Shown here: positions 26,190 to 37,578 of the stretch, in pieces
Numbering within the stretch: position 1 is the first letter of the stretch
How the letters are laid out: every line of letters starts with the position of its first letter
Assembly: GCA_031253995.1 (NCBI GenBank)
Contig: JAIRVG010000012.1
Span: 10,700 to 74,699, forward strand
Origin: Paucimonas sp.
GTDB lineage: Bacteria > Pseudomonadota > Gammaproteobacteria > Pseudomonadales > Pseudomonadaceae
Reading direction: 5' to 3'
Length of the DNA stretch: 64,000 bases
The notes under the pieces: model-generated
Database searches by the model: none
Seen by the model: the letters and a program-made list of their open reading frames with translations, nothing else
What the model was told of the DNA's origin: nothing
Translations under genes and position numbers: made by a program

Positions 26190-26228
26190 AAAAAACCGCG
26201 TCGGGCTTGCACCCGGCGCGGTTTTTTT
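26190..26228. terminator. Bidirectional intrinsic terminator
   Basis: AAAAAACCGCGTCGGG-CTTGCA-CCCGGCGCGGTTTTTTT between convergent rlmF and hupN. Confidence 0.88.
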
Positions 26229-26243
26229 CGAGCGGTCTACAAC

Positions 26244-26525
26244 TTACTTGTTGACTGCGTCGGTCAGCACTTTGGCTGGAACGAACTTCACGACTTTCTT
26301 GGCAGCGATTTCGATGGCAGCGCCAGTCGAAGGGTTGCGGCCGGTACGGGCAGGACGCTCGGTGATCTTCAGCTTGCCAATGCCTGGCAGGGTGATTTCG
26401 GCGCCGTTTTCCAGTTGATCAGCAACGATCTGGCCCAGTTGCTCCAGAGCGTTACGCGCGGTGGTTTTCGGCGCGTCGATAGCTTCAGCGATATCGGCGA
26501 TCAGTTGGTCTTTGGTCAATGCCAT
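26244..26525 (-). CDS. hupN: HU family DNA-binding protein (HupN type)
   Basis: LTKDQLIADIAE and RPARTGRNPSTG motifs; 93 aa. Confidence 0.88.
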   Translation of the reverse strand: MALTKDQLIADIAEAIDAPKTTARNALEQLGQIVADQLENGAEITLPGIGKLKITERPARTGRNPSTGAAIEIAAKKVVKFVPAKVLTDAVNK

Positions 26526-26935
26526 GGTGGTGTTCCTTCCCTAATCAAATTCAGTGGGTTTGCAGAGTGCCGCGTCAGCCATCGGTTCCGGCGTCGCATA
26601 GTGGCGGTGGCCGGGATACATCCATTTTGCCAATCGCGTATGTAGATGCCTAAAAATGCGATTGGTTCGACGGGACGCCAGCGGTCTGCCAGCACTGCGC
26701 CGCACAGGGGGCGCAAGACCGGGCAAAACTACCACAGGAATAGATAAATATCCGCCTCGCCCGGCGCAAATGTTCAGGTTTTTCGGGGGTTTACACAAAA
26801 TATCGCAAAAAACAGAACGAAAAACGAACCCGAGGTCACCCAAGCCACCGCAGAACCCCGTGCCGATGCCCGGCTGGGTTACACTTGGCAACTTTGCCAC
26901 GCCCCGCGCCACCCTTTCATCGAGCCGAGAATTCC

Positions 26936-27943
26936 ATGCCGATCCGTCATTGCATCGTCCACCTGATCGACAAGAAACCCGACGGCAGCCCTGCGGTATT
27001 GCACGCCCGCGATTCCGAACTGGCCGAGTCGACCGCCATCGAAAACCTCCTCGCCGACCTCAACGACAGCTATAACGCCAAGCAGGGCAAGGCCTGGGGT
27101 CTGTTCCACGCCGAGTCCGGCGCCCACCCGTTCAGCGGCTGGCTGAAGGAGTACCTGGACAGCGAAAAGACCTTCACCGAATTCAGCCGGATCGCGGTCG
27201 AGCACCTGCAGAAGCTGATGGAGGAATCCAACCTCTCGGTGGGTGGCCACGTCCTGTTCGCCCACTACCAGCAAGGCATGACCGACTACCTGGCCATCGC
27301 CCTGCTGCACCACAGCGAAGGCGTTGCGGTGAACGCCGAGCTGGACGTCACCCCGTCCCGCCACCTGGACCTGAGCCAGCTGCACCTGGCCGCGCGCATC
27401 AATATTTCCGAATGGCGCAACAACCAGAACTCCAAGCAGTACATCTCCTTCATCAAGGGCAAGAACGGCAAGAAGGTCTCGGACTACTTCCGTGACTTCA
27501 TCGGCTGCCAGGAAGGGGTCGACGGCCCGGGCGAGACCCGCACCCTGCTCAAGGCCTTCAGCGATTTCGTCGAGAGCGAGGACCTGCCCGAGGAAGCCGC
27601 CCGCGAGAAGACCCAGACCCTGGTCGACTACGCCACCAGCCAGACCCGCGCCGGCGAGCCGGTGACCCTGGAGGAACTCTCCGGCCTGATCGACGAAGAC
27701 CGGCCGAAAGCCTTCTACGACCATATCCGCAACAAGGACTACGGCCTCTCGCCGGAGATCCCGGCGGACAAGCGCACCCTCAATCAATTCCGCCGCTTCA
27801 CCGGGCGCGCCGAGGGCCTGTCGATCAGCTTCGAGGCGCATCTGCTGGGCTCGAAGATCGAGTACGACGAGGAAGCCGGGACGCTGATCATCAAGGGCCT
27901 GCCGACCCAGCTCACCGACCAGTTGAAGCGACGCAAGGACTGA
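26936..27943 (+). CDS. yejK: Nucleoid-associated protein YejK/NdpA
   Basis: [23 protein letters not shown] and DYFRDFIGC motifs; 335 aa. Confidence 0.93.
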   Translation: MPIRHCIVHLIDKKPDGSPAVLHARDSELAESTAIENLLADLNDSYNAKQGKAWGLFHAESGAHPFSGWLKEYLDSEKTFTEFSRIAVEHLQKLMEESNLSVGGHVLFAHYQQGMTDYLAIALLHHSEGVAVNAELDVTPSRHLDLSQLHLAARINISEWRNNQNSKQYISFIKGKNGKKVSDYFRDFIGCQEGVDGPGETRTLLKAFSDFVESEDLPEEAAREKTQTLVDYATSQTRAGEPVTLEELSGLIDEDRPKAFYDHIRNKDYGLSPEIPADKRTLNQFRRFTGRAEGLSISFEAHLLGSKIEYDEEAGTLIIKGLPTQLTDQLKRRKD

Positions 27944-27956
27944 ACCGCCGATCAGA

Positions 27957-27974
27957 ACTGGCATTTTTGTCAGT
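27957..27974 (+). promoter_or_regulatory. 18-bp imperfect palindrome upstream of the halovibrin-like gene
   Basis: ACTGGCATTTTTGTCAGT, followed 23 nt later by a TAGCCT -10 candidate (27998-28003). Confidence 0.5.
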
Positions 27975-28087
27975 AGCAACGCCTCTGCCCGACTCCTTAG
28001 CCTGAGATTGTCGCCACCGGCAATCTCGGCCCCCGCCCAGTTCGTGGTGACTTCCTGCCATTCAGCCTTCGCTTGCCGGGGTGAACG

Positions 28088-29359
28088 ATGAAGACACTCG
28101 CGACGCTTCTCGCACTGACGACCGCACTCGCCTCCGGGACCGCCCCAGCCGGCCCCGGAGAGGAGACGGTCAATGCCATGAATGTTCGTCTCACCGACCA
28201 GAGACTGAACTGCGGGGCGCTCTCGATGCCCGCGGTGCTCTGCACCGGCGTCATCGTCAGGGCCACCGACACTCCAAGGTTCTGGGTACCCCAGGAAAAA
28301 AACATCAGGTCCGGGGCCATCTCAGCCTCGTACCTGCGCAACGATGCCAAGTTCAAGTCCCTGGTCTTTGGCCGCAACAACGGCTTCACCCTGTATCCGG
28401 TGTTGCTCAACCGGCCCAACAACAAAACCTACGAGGTGCTCTGCGCCTTCCCCAACGACGCCGGCACGGATAACCGCAACGATCGCGGCTGCGGCGATCA
28501 TGTGCAAAACGCTGAAGTGCAGGACTATTGCGACGTGCAGGGCATCATGACCGGCGAAGACTGGATCAGGAGATTCGGTGCCGACAAGGTGCAGTACAGC
28601 GAGATCTGCGCCTTCGACATTCGCGACCGGCGCAACGCCCACGCCGGCCCGGCCTTCATGGCCAGCATCAACGCGCGCGTCCTGGGCGGCGAAACCCTGT
28701 TCCCCGTGCAGAACGAACTGCGCATCGCCACCTGGGGCAACAACCCGCCTTTCGACCCGCCGGTGGAAAGCGTCTTCTACACCACACCTCCGGTATCCGA
28801 GACCTCGGGCCTGGAGAGTGCCCGGGCCGGGCAGATCGAATGGTGGCTGGCCACCAGGCAATACCTGCCGCTGGTCAAGCTGAACCTGCCGCAGACCATG
28901 GCGGCCAACCCGCACTTTGGCTTCAACCCGGCGGACCAGGTGATCCAGCCTGTCAGCGAAGCCGACCGGTGCCCGAGTTTCATCAAAAGCTCAGCCTGGA
29001 AAACCGAACGCAAGAGTGCGTACTTCGCCACTCAACTGGACAGCCTGCAGATCGAACTCAGCGATTGCGCGAAAAAGATCCCGCCCAGCCAGTTGAACAA
29101 TCTGTTCAATGAAATTGCCGCCCGCCACTACCGCGACGAGAAATGGGCAGACCACCCGGTCCTTACCGCCGATGCCACACAGAACGCGGCACTGGTCCAG
29201 GCCAAGAACTACGCGCGCCCCGTCCACATCGTCAGCGGCATGCGCGCTCAACTGGCCTGCCAGCTGGCACTGGCGACCCGACCGGCGATCATCACTCTGG
29301 AGCCCAAGCGCCCTGAAGGTGCGAGCGAGGCGCTGAAGAACATGAACTGCAATCCCTAG
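28088..29359 (+). CDS. Secreted halovibrin (HvnA)-like protein with C-terminal DUF2599-like domain (accessory)
   Basis: Signal peptide (residues 1-21). LCTGVIVRAT, SASYLR, NGFTLYP, VLCAFPNDA, RGCG and QNELRI resemble Pseudomonas halovibrin-like proteins. C-terminal MRAQLAC...LEPKRP...CNP resembles DUF2599. Confidence 0.65.
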   Translation: MKTLATLLALTTALASGTAPAGPGEETVNAMNVRLTDQRLNCGALSMPAVLCTGVIVRATDTPRFWVPQEKNIRSGAISASYLRNDAKFKSLVFGRNNGFTLYPVLLNRPNNKTYEVLCAFPNDAGTDNRNDRGCGDHVQNAEVQDYCDVQGIMTGEDWIRRFGADKVQYSEICAFDIRDRRNAHAGPAFMASINARVLGGETLFPVQNELRIATWGNNPPFDPPVESVFYTTPPVSETSGLESARAGQIEWWLATRQYLPLVKLNLPQTMAANPHFGFNPADQVIQPVSEADRCPSFIKSSAWKTERKSAYFATQLDSLQIELSDCAKKIPPSQLNNLFNEIAARHYRDEKWADHPVLTADATQNAALVQAKNYARPVHIVSGMRAQLACQLALATRPAIITLEPKRPEGASEALKNMNCNP

Positions 29360-29384
29360 ATTGCCTGGATCTAGATCGCCTGGA
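29356..29384. repeat. 14-bp tandem duplication at convergent stop codons
   Basis: CTAGATTGCCTGGA (29356-29369) and CTAGATCGCCTGGA (29371-29384), 13/14 identical. Confidence 0.6.
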
Positions 29385-29661
29385 CAAAGGAGGCTACCAA
29401 AGCCTCCTTCGCGCTTTTGCGCAGGCGCTTGATCAGCCGTTCGTGGCGCAGGGCCTGGGACTTGTCCGGCCAGGCCTCGACATAGACCAGCGCCACCGCC
29501 GGGCTGGTACTGAAATAGCGGGCGCCCTGGCCTTTCTGGTGGGCGGCGAAGCGCTTTTCCGGGTCATCGCTGATGCCGCAGTACAGGGAACCATTGGCCG
29601 CGCGCACCAGATAGACATACCAGGGCTTGTCGGAGGTGGCAGGAGCGGCGATATCGTTCAC
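29371..29661 (-). CDS. GIY-YIG nuclease family protein (YhbQ-like)
   Basis: WYVYLVR...[22 protein letters not shown] and [11 protein letters not shown] motifs. Confidence 0.9.
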   Translation of the reverse strand: MNDIAAPATSDKPWYVYLVRAANGSLYCGISDDPEKRFAAHQKGQGARYFSTSPAVALVYVEAWPDKSQALRHERLIKRLRKSAKEALVASFVQAI

Positions 29662-29705
29662 TGTGCAAGGAAGGTTCTGACGGCAGAAGCCGACAGCTTA
29701 CCGCC

Positions 29706-30176
29706 TCAGCGGCCGCTCTGGAACGCGCGCAGGCCCTTGAGCGCCTGCTGGCCGACCTTGTTGCGCAGGAAAGGCGTCCAGCCCAGCAGCAGCCCCGGGG
29801 TGCCCAGCGCTTGCCGGGACCAGCGCCAGAAATCGAACACATCATGGTGCTCGACGATCAGGCCGTCGCGAATGACGAAGGTGGCGCGGATATCGTTGAC
29901 CACCACCCTGCCCGTCTGGCTGAACAGGTAGGTCGCCACCCAGTGCGCCGAACCGCCGCGCTCGTCGGCGCGGACGCTGTCGAAGGTCAGGGAGAAGTCC
30001 TTGGCGCGGCTGGTGAGCATGCGCCACATGTCCCCCGCGTCCTTGCCACGCAAGGTGCCGAAGGCCGGGTCGCTGAACACGATTTCGGGGCTGTAGCAGG
30101 CAACCATGGCCTCGGCGTCGAGACGCTGGAAGGCCTGGTAGAAACGGGTGATCAGGGCACTGTTGGCTTCGCTCAT
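29706..30176 (-). CDS. NTF2/SnoaL-like protein
   Basis: RFYQAF...Y...F.DPAFG.L...MWRML and AHWVATY.F...GR.VVN pattern. Confidence 0.85.
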   Translation of the reverse strand: MSEANSALITRFYQAFQRLDAEAMVACYSPEIVFSDPAFGTLRGKDAGDMWRMLTSRAKDFSLTFDSVRADERGGSAHWVATYLFSQTGRVVVNDIRATFVIRDGLIVEHHDVFDFWRWSRQALGTPGLLLGWTPFLRNKVGQQALKGLRAFQSGR

Positions 30177-30267
30177 GTCGGGTTCCATCACCGGAAAGGC
30201 AGAACGGTGCACGATAGTCCGGCTGGCGGCACAAGGCCAGCGCCATCAACCGGACGAATGGTGCACT

Positions 30268-31545
30268 CTAGACGCGCTCGCTGGTCACCTGCACATGCAA
30301 CGAGCGTCCGGCCTTCAGGCCGAAGAGGATGGCGCCGGCGCCGAGGAAGGCAAAGATCCAGCCGACCGCGCTCCAGCCACCGGTCAGGTCATGCACCAGG
30401 CCCACCGCGAACGGCCCTGCCGAGGCCAGGGTGTAGCCGACGCCCTGGGCCATGCTCGACAGGTTGGCGGCGACGTGGGAGTCCTTGGAACGCAGGACGA
30501 TCAGGGTCAATGCCAGGGCAAAGGTGCCGCCCTGGCCGATGCCGAGCACCACTGCCCAGCCCCACAGGCCGCCGAGCGGCGCGTACAGGCAGCCGAACAG
30601 CCCGGCGAGGGTCAGCACCATCACCACCACGATGGCCAGGCGCTGGTCCTTGCCACGGGTTGCCAGCATCGGCGCGGTCAGGGCGCTGAGCAGTTGCACG
30701 ATCACCGAGCCGGACAGTACCAGGCCCGCCTCGGTCGGGCTCAGGCCGCGGCCGATGAGGATCGATGGCAACCAGCCGAAGACGATATAGGCCAGGGACG
30801 ATTGCAGGCCCATGTACAGGGTCACCTGCCAGGCCAGCGGATCGCGCCACAGGCCGCGCACGCGAAACGCCGCATGGTGGGCACCGTGGCCCTGCCGGGC
30901 TTGCGGCAGCCAGAACAGCGCGGCCAACAGAGCCGGCACCAACCAGAAGCCCAGGCCCAGGGCCCAGCTGTCGCCGAAGGCATTGCTCAGTGGCACGCTC
31001 GCCCCGGCGGCCAGGGCGGCGCCGAGGCACAGGGCCATGGTGTAGATGCCCATCAGCAGGCCGGCATGGGCCGGGAAGTCGCGCTTGACGATGCCGGGCA
31101 GCAACACGCCGATCACACCGATGCTGGCCCCGGCGATCAGGCTGCCGACGAACAGGCCGATGCTGCCGAAGGCGCTGCGCAGGGCAATCCCGCCGGCGAG
31201 GCAGAGCAGGATGCCGAGGATCACCCGCTCGCTGCCGAAACGCCGGGCCAGTACGGGGGCCAGCGGCGCGAACAGGCCCAGGCAGAGCACTGGCAGGGTC
31301 GTCAGCAGGCCGGCCTGCGAGCCGCTCAGGCCGAGGCTGCGGGACACATCGCCAAGCAGCGGCGCCATGCTCGACAGCGCCGGACGCAGGTTCAGCGCCA
31401 CCAGCACCAGGCCGAGCAACAGCAGCCAGGCCTGTGGCAGGCGCGAGGGAGGTTGAAGCGCGGCGTCGTCGGCTTCGGCATCTATCAGCAATTCTTCAAG
31501 CACCGGCCCGTGGGGCGTCGGCTTGGTGGAGAGGTCTTGGCCCAT
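30268..31545 (-). CDS. CynX/NimT family MFS transporter
   Basis: ALNLRPA, LTTLP, GIVKRDF and LSSMAQGVGY motifs; about 12 TM segments. Confidence 0.9.
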   Translation of the reverse strand: MGQDLSTKPTPHGPVLEELLIDAEADDAALQPPSRLPQAWLLLLGLVLVALNLRPALSSMAPLLGDVSRSLGLSGSQAGLLTTLPVLCLGLFAPLAPVLARRFGSERVILGILLCLAGGIALRSAFGSIGLFVGSLIAGASIGVIGVLLPGIVKRDFPAHAGLLMGIYTMALCLGAALAAGASVPLSNAFGDSWALGLGFWLVPALLAALFWLPQARQGHGAHHAAFRVRGLWRDPLAWQVTLYMGLQSSLAYIVFGWLPSILIGRGLSPTEAGLVLSGSVIVQLLSALTAPMLATRGKDQRLAIVVVMVLTLAGLFGCLYAPLGGLWGWAVVLGIGQGGTFALALTLIVLRSKDSHVAANLSSMAQGVGYTLASAGPFAVGLVHDLTGGWSAVGWIFAFLGAGAILFGLKAGRSLHVQVTSERV

Positions 31546-31560
31546 GGCAGTCTCGAAAAG

Positions 31561-32211
31561 TCAGGGTTCATTGATCAACGTCCGGCTGAGGGCCTTGGCC
31601 CGTTCCGGATCTTGTTGTTCGACGGCCTCGAGGATCGCTTCGTGCAGATCGAAAACCGCCTGGTTGCGGGGCAACCGGCTCATGCTCTGCTCCAGTTTCT
31701 TTGCCACCACGCTGGAGAAGTAGCGGTACAGCTCGCTCAACGCAGGATTGTGCGCGGCGTCCACCAGGCGCTGGTGAAAGGCCAGGTCGCAGCGGATGTA
31801 GTCGTCCAGTTCGCCGTGGAAGTGCGAGCCGCTGTGGTGCAGGGCTTCGCGCAGGCCGATGAGGTCTTGCTCGGTGCGGCGCAAGGCCGCCAGGCCGATG
31901 GCTTCGGCTTCCAGCAGGTGCCGGGTTTCCCGGGCGTGTTCCAGGCTGCAGCCGGACAGCGCCTGCATCGCCGAGAGCGGGTCGGAGGCGGTGCGCAGGT
32001 AGCTGCCATCGCCCTGACGGACCTCCACCAGGCCGCTGAAGGCCAGAACGCGCATGGCTTCGCGCACGGTGTTGCGACTGATGCCCAGCTCTGCGGCCAG
32101 TTCCGGCTCGGTGGGCAGGCGCTGGCCTACGGTCCAGGCGCCGCTGGTGATGCGTTGGCGGAGTTGGTCGACGGCTTGCTCGACGAGGGAGCGTTTGATG
32201 AGTTGGGGCAT
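31561..32211 (-). CDS. GntR/FadR family transcriptional regulator
   Basis: LPTEPELAAELGISRNTVREA wHTH followed by an FCD domain (DLAFH...NPAL). Confidence 0.92.
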   Translation of the reverse strand: MPQLIKRSLVEQAVDQLRQRITSGAWTVGQRLPTEPELAAELGISRNTVREAMRVLAFSGLVEVRQGDGSYLRTASDPLSAMQALSGCSLEHARETRHLLEAEAIGLAALRRTEQDLIGLREALHHSGSHFHGELDDYIRCDLAFHQRLVDAAHNPALSELYRYFSSVVAKKLEQSMSRLPRNQAVFDLHEAILEAVEQQDPERAKALSRTLINEP

Positions 32212-32221
32212 GTGCGGCTTA

Positions 32222-32239
32222 CATCCAATCATCGGATGA
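32222..32239. promoter_or_regulatory. Probable autoregulatory operator of the FadR-family gene
   Basis: CATCC-N7-GGATG containing TCATC-G-GATGA (32229-32239), 11-28 nt upstream of the ATG. Confidence 0.55.
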
Positions 32240-32307
32240 ATTTAGAAAGGAGAAGGGTAACTGGTTGTTTCGACAGAATGCAAACCTGAGGGAGACTGGG
32301 TGTTCTT

Positions 32308-32394
32308 GAGGGCCTCATCGCTGGCAAGCCAGCTCCCACAGGTTTCGCGGTGTAACAGGTTCCTGTGGGAACTGGCGTGCCAGCGATTGGCCTC
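32308..32394. repeat. Inverted REP doublet (GTGGGAG ends inward)
   Basis: ATCGCTGGCAAGCCAGCTCCCACAGG-spacer-CCTGTGGGAACTGGCGTGCCAGCGAT; the right copy has 2 substitutions. Confidence 0.88.
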
Positions 32395-32398
32395 TGGA

Positions 32399-33445
32399 TC
32401 AGTTCAAGGCGTCGAGCAACGCCTGGTTCTGCTCTTCGGTACCGATGGAAATACGCAGGAACTGGTCGATCCGCGGCAGCTTGAAGTGCCGCACGATCAC
32501 GCCCTGCTCACGCAACGAAGCGGCGATCCCGGCGGCATCCTTGCCCGGATGACGGGCGAAGATGAAGTTCGCCGCCGACGGCAGCACCTCGAAACCACGG
32601 GCATTCAGCTCGGCTACCAGCTTCTCGCGGCTGGCGATGACCTTGTTGCAGGTCTCTTCGAAATACGCCTGGTCTTCGAACGCCGCCGTAGCACCGACAA
32701 TGGCGATACGGTCCAGCGGGTACGAGTTGAAGCTGTTCTTCACCCGCTCCAGCGCCTCGATCAGGTCCGGATGCCCCACCGCCAGCCCGACCCGCAGCCC
32801 GGCCAGGGAGCGCGACTTGGACAGGGTCTGGGTCACCAGCAGGTTCGGGTAGCGGTCCACCAGGCTGATGGCGGTTTCGCCACCGAAGTCGATGTAGGCT
32901 TCATCCACTACCACCACCGATTCGGTATTGGCCTTGAGCAACTGCTCGATGGCGTCCAGGGCCAGCAGGCAGCCAGTCGGCGCGTTCGGGTTGGGGAAGA
33001 TGATCCCGGCATTGGCGAGGCGGTAGTCCTCGACGCGGATCTGGAACTGTTCGTCCAGCGCCACCGGCTCGAACGGAATGCCATACAGGCCGCAGTACAC
33101 CGGATAGAAGCTGTAGCTGATATCCGGGAACAGCAGCGGCGCGTCGTGCTGGAACAGGCCGTGGAAGATGTGCGCCAGCACTTCGTCCGAGCCGTTGCCG
33201 AGGAATACCTGATTCGGCTGGACCTTGTAGTAGCCAGCGACGGCCTGCTTGAGCAGGTCGCTGTTGGGGTCCGGGTACAGGCGCAGGTTGTCGTTGAGTT
33301 CGCCGCGCATGGCTTCCAGCGCCTTCGGCGACGGACCATAGGGGTTCTCGTTGGTGTTGAGCTTGACCAGCTTGGTCAGCTTCGGCTGCTCGCCCGGCAC
33401 GTAAGGCACCAGGTTCTTGACGAAGGGGCTCCAGAATTTGCTCAT
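32399..33445 (-). CDS. hisC: Histidinol-phosphate aminotransferase
   Basis: [20 protein letters not shown] and [14 protein letters not shown] motifs. Confidence 0.97.
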   Translation of the reverse strand: MSKFWSPFVKNLVPYVPGEQPKLTKLVKLNTNENPYGPSPKALEAMRGELNDNLRLYPDPNSDLLKQAVAGYYKVQPNQVFLGNGSDEVLAHIFHGLFQHDAPLLFPDISYSFYPVYCGLYGIPFEPVALDEQFQIRVEDYRLANAGIIFPNPNAPTGCLLALDAIEQLLKANTESVVVVDEAYIDFGGETAISLVDRYPNLLVTQTLSKSRSLAGLRVGLAVGHPDLIEALERVKNSFNSYPLDRIAIVGATAAFEDQAYFEETCNKVIASREKLVAELNARGFEVLPSAANFIFARHPGKDAAGIAASLREQGVIVRHFKLPRIDQFLRISIGTEEQNQALLDALN

Positions 33446-33447
33446 GT

Positions 33448-34773
33448 TCAGTTGCCCTCTTGGTCGGCAAGGATGCGGTATTCGGCACTGCGCGCGTGGG
33501 CGCTGAGGGATTCGCCGCGGGCCAGGACCGACGCGGTCTTGCCCAGCACGGAAGCGCCCTGTTCGGAGCAGAAGATGATCGACGAACGCTTCTGGAAGTC
33601 ATACACCCCCAGCGGCGAAGAGAAGCGCGCGGTGCCGGAAGTCGGCAGCACGTGGTTCGGGCCCGCGCAGTAGTCGCCCAGCGCCTCGCTGGTGTGGCGG
33701 CCCATGAAGATCGCGCCGGCGTGACGGATCTTCGGCAGCCAGGCTTGCGGATCGGCCACCGACAGCTCCAGGTGTTCCGGGGCGATGCGGTTGGCGACTT
33801 CCATGGCCTGCTCCATGTCGCGCACCTGGATCAGCGCGCCACGGCCATCGATGGAGGTGCGGATGATCTCGGCGCGGTCCATGGTCGGCAGCAGCTTGTC
33901 GATGCTGGCGGCGACGCGGTCGAGGAAGTCGGCGTCCGGGCTGACCAGGATCGATTGGGCGTCCTCGTCGTGCTCGGCCTGGGAGAACAGGTCCATGGCG
34001 ATCCAGTCCGGGTCGGTCTGGCCATCGCAGACCACGAGGATTTCCGACGGGCCGGCGATCATGTCGATGCCGACCTGGCCGAACACGTGGCGCTTGGCGG
34101 TGGCGACGTAGATGTTGCCCGGGCCGACCACCTTGTCCACCTGCGGCACGCTCTCGGTGCCGTAGGCCAGGGCCGCGACCGCCTGGGCGCCGCCGATAGT
34201 GAAGACCCGGTCGACACCGGCGATGCAGGCTGCCGCCAGCACCAGCTCGTTGACCTCGCCACGCGGGGTCGGCACCACCATGACCACTTCACCGACGCCG
34301 GCGACCTTGGCCGGAATCGCGTTCATCAGCACGGAAGATGGGTAGGACGCCTTGCCGCCCGGCACGTAAAGGCCAGCGCGGTCCAGCGGGGTGACTTTCT
34401 GGCCGAGCACGGTACCGTCGGCCTCGGTGTAGCTCCAGGAATCCTGTTTCTGCCGCTCGTGGTACAGGCGCACGCGCTCGGCAGCCTTTTCCAGGGCCTG
34501 GCGCTGCTCCGCGGTGATGCGGGTCAGGGCCAGTTCCAGGCGCTCGCGGCCGAGGATCAGGTCATCGATGGAGTTGGCCTCGACGCCGTCGAAGCGCTGG
34601 GTGAACTCCACCAGCGCCGCGTCGCCGCGTTCGCGCACGGCCTGGATGATGTCGAGGACCCGCTGGTTGACCGCGTCGTCGGACACGCTTTCCCAGCTCA
34701 GCAGATGATCCAGATGTCGGGCGAAATCCGGGTCAGCGGCATTGAGTCGGCGAATTGCAGTGGACGTGGTCAT
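33448..34773 (-). CDS. hisD: Histidinol dehydrogenase
   Basis: [27 protein letters not shown] and GPNHVLPT motifs. Confidence 0.97.
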   Translation of the reverse strand: MTTSTAIRRLNAADPDFARHLDHLLSWESVSDDAVNQRVLDIIQAVRERGDAALVEFTQRFDGVEANSIDDLILGRERLELALTRITAEQRQALEKAAERVRLYHERQKQDSWSYTEADGTVLGQKVTPLDRAGLYVPGGKASYPSSVLMNAIPAKVAGVGEVVMVVPTPRGEVNELVLAAACIAGVDRVFTIGGAQAVAALAYGTESVPQVDKVVGPGNIYVATAKRHVFGQVGIDMIAGPSEILVVCDGQTDPDWIAMDLFSQAEHDEDAQSILVSPDADFLDRVAASIDKLLPTMDRAEIIRTSIDGRGALIQVRDMEQAMEVANRIAPEHLELSVADPQAWLPKIRHAGAIFMGRHTSEALGDYCAGPNHVLPTSGTARFSSPLGVYDFQKRSSIIFCSEQGASVLGKTASVLARGESLSAHARSAEYRILADQEGN

Positions 34774-34898
34774 AGCTAGAGCCTCGGAAATTGGCGAATG
34801 GTTCAGGCGCCCTGAAGCTACCAGTCCATCCGCGCGGGCACCCGAGGTATTTGGCTATGACGCGGATAGACGGGCGCGACACGAAGTCGCGCACAAGG

Positions 34899-35534
34899 TC
34901 AGCCGCGGTGTCGCGACTCCACGGCCTGACGCAGGGTGTCGATCAGGCTCTGGATACGGGCGTGCTGCATCTTCATGGATGCCTTGTTGACCACCAGGCG
35001 GGAGCTGACGGTCGCGATGAGTTCCTGGGGTTCCAGGCCATTGGCGCGCAGGGTGTTGCCGGTGTCGACCACGTCGATGATCTTGTCGGCGAGATTGACC
35101 AGCGGCGCCAGCTCCATGGAGCCGTAAAGCTTGATGATGTCGACCTGGCGGCCCTGCTCGGCGTAGTAGCGCTTGGCTACGTTGACGAACTTGGTGGCGA
35201 CCCGCAGGCGCCCCTTGGGCTCCGGCGCGCCAATGGCACCGGCGGTCATCAGCTTGCAACGGGCGATGTTCAGGTCCAGCGGCTCGTACATGCCCTGGCC
35301 ACCGTATTCCATCAGCACGTCCTTGCCGGCCACACCCAGATCGGCGGCGCCATGCTCGACATAGGTCGGCACGTCGGTGGCCCGCACGATCAGCAGGCGT
35401 ACATCTTCCTGGGTCGTGGGGATGATCAGTTTGCGGCTCTTGTCCGGATTCTCGGTCGGAACGATGCCCGCTTCCGCCAGCAGCGGCAGGGTATCGTCGA
35501 GAATGCGGCCCTTGGACAGCGCGATGGTCAACAT
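34899..35534 (-). CDS. hisG: ATP phosphoribosyltransferase, short form
   Basis: [15 protein letters not shown] and [22 protein letters not shown] motifs; 211 aa, no C-terminal regulatory domain. Confidence 0.96.
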   Translation of the reverse strand: MLTIALSKGRILDDTLPLLAEAGIVPTENPDKSRKLIIPTTQEDVRLLIVRATDVPTYVEHGAADLGVAGKDVLMEYGGQGMYEPLDLNIARCKLMTAGAIGAPEPKGRLRVATKFVNVAKRYYAEQGRQVDIIKLYGSMELAPLVNLADKIIDVVDTGNTLRANGLEPQELIATVSSRLVVNKASMKMQHARIQSLIDTLRQAVESRHRG

Positions 35535-35628
35535 GGAAACGTCGGTCCTTATGCGGCTTGAAGCCGCCGGGGCACAGGCCCGCGGCGGCATTGTTCAATT
35601 CGTGGCGCATCCCTGCGCCATCAGCAGG

Positions 35629-37156
<1,528 letters not shown>

Positions 37157-37272
37157 GCTCAACCTCAATCGGCGCCCTGTGCGCGCGGGTCGGCCATCAT
37201 ACAAAAAAGCCCCTCGCCTGCGAACCCCGTAAACGAGGACTCTGACAGAGGGGCTTCGGTTATTTCACTCGA

Positions 37273-37578
37273 TCATTGCAGCGCAAGGATATCGTCCAGC
37301 CCGTAGACCTCGGCGATTTCCCGCATGCCGTGGGGCATGCCACGCACCTCGCAGTCCTTGCCGGCGGACTTTGCATCACGCATGAAGGCCAGCAGCAGCG
37401 ACAGCCCGACGCTGCTGGACTGCTCCACCGCCGTGCAATCGAGCACCAGCGCGCTGGCAGTGCTCGACGCGATCAGCGCCGCGCCCTGCTTGCGCAGGTC
37501 GGGGCCGGAACGGTAGTCGAGGGTGCCGGCCAGGCTGAGAACGCCTGGCTCGGCCAGTTGCACGCTGCCTACGCTCAT
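37273..37578 (-). CDS. mlaB: STAS-domain protein MlaB (Ttg2E)
   Basis: LDCTAVEQSSSVGLSLL STAS motif; mla operon position. Confidence 0.9.
   Translation of the reverse strand: MSVGSVQLAEPGVLSLAGTLDYRSGPDLRKQGAALIASSTASALVLDCTAVEQSSSVGLSLLLAFMRDAKSAGKDCEVRGMPHGMREIAEVYGLDDILALQ

Noticed and set aside
26541-27075. ORFs of 66-139 aa in the hupN-yejK spacer
   Set aside because: No RBS, no coding-like composition or motifs, and they overlap promoter-like sequence.
27955-27980. TGGCA...AGC upstream of the halovibrin-like gene as a sigma54 promoter
   Set aside because: Spacing is not GG-N10-GC; the 18-bp palindrome explains the sequence better.
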